This document shows, piece after piece, positions 63,598 through 64,000 of a DNA stretch of 64,000 bases. Source of the DNA: Azolla caroliniana (taxonomy: Eukaryota; Plantae; Polypodiophyta); NCBI GenBank assembly GCA_043228905.1, contig JBHGNT010000022.1, forward strand, positions 9,734,001 through 9,798,000, read 5' to 3'. A model generated the notes under the pieces. The model worked only from the letters and a program-made list of their open reading frames with translations, was not told the DNA's origin and searched no databases. The position numbers and the translations under genes are program-made. Position 1 is the first letter of the stretch. Every line of letters starts with the position of its first letter.

Positions 63598-64000
63598 TTG
63601 TTAAGGATCATACTTTTATCATTATAGCTTTACATGTAAATTCTCATGTGTGAGAGCTTAGATGAGGACATGGCAAGCATGCATTGCATGCATTTCATGC
63701 ATTCCGTGCATATCTTGCACCCTCACATGCACCATATGCATGGGGGCATCTATAAAAGAGTGGAGGAATCAAGTAAAAGGGGGATTTTTATCAAGCAAGC
63801 TTTTTACTTTATATCAAAATTAATATCAAGAAGAAAAATCGTTCTCCAATTGATGGTGTATCATTTTTCTTAAATCTAAAGTCAAGAGTTCTATCTTATC
63901 TCAATCTCTCTCTCTCTCAATCTATCTTAAATCCTTTCTCGCCAAAGCTAGTGCGTACTTCGAGTCCTTTCGGTCCAGAACCCCGGTGATTCCGCCTCAC

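Larger units (their letters stand above)
58006..64000 (+). mobile_element. Large LTR (about 1.2 kb without the nested element) inserted in LINE ORF1, running to the window end
   Basis: Starts TGTCGTGAAG exactly where the LINE frame breaks. Continues after the nested gypsy (from 63070). TATAAAAG at 63751 and a CT-rich tract near 63900. The window ends ...CCTCAC, consistent with an inverted terminus CCTCACGACA. Confidence 0.75.

Overview
Eukaryotic nuclear DNA from a land plant; the transposon types suggest a non-seed plant such as a fern (inference). It holds three intact multi-exon genes on the + strand: SF3A2 (20464-24044), a plastid CRT-like transporter CLT (28013-36066) and the GH47 alpha-1,2-mannosidase MNS3 (41878-46758). 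There is also one tRNA-Arg(CCT). Transposon stacks flank the genes. On the left are a full-length Ty1/copia element (5244-10695, TSD TAGAC), a truncated second copia carrying a nested solo LTR, and a decayed L1 LINE containing two perfect hairpins. On the right are a probable solo LTR interrupted by an RTEX/L2-like LINE relic, and an L1 LINE that carries a TSD-less 479-bp insert. That LINE is cut by a large LTR, which in turn hosts a chromodomain Ty3/gypsy element (58294-63064, TSD CCAGC). The main unexplained signal is that three different LTR families, all starting TGTC(A/G)TGA, each carry a tRNA-like A-box/B-box (Pol III promoter) cassette with tRNA spacing. In each case it lies antisense in U3, 115-185 bp upstream of the LTR TATA box. 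The chromovirus also shows a Tf1-type self-priming PBS and a -1 frameshift signal. All calls were made by eye; no searches were run.
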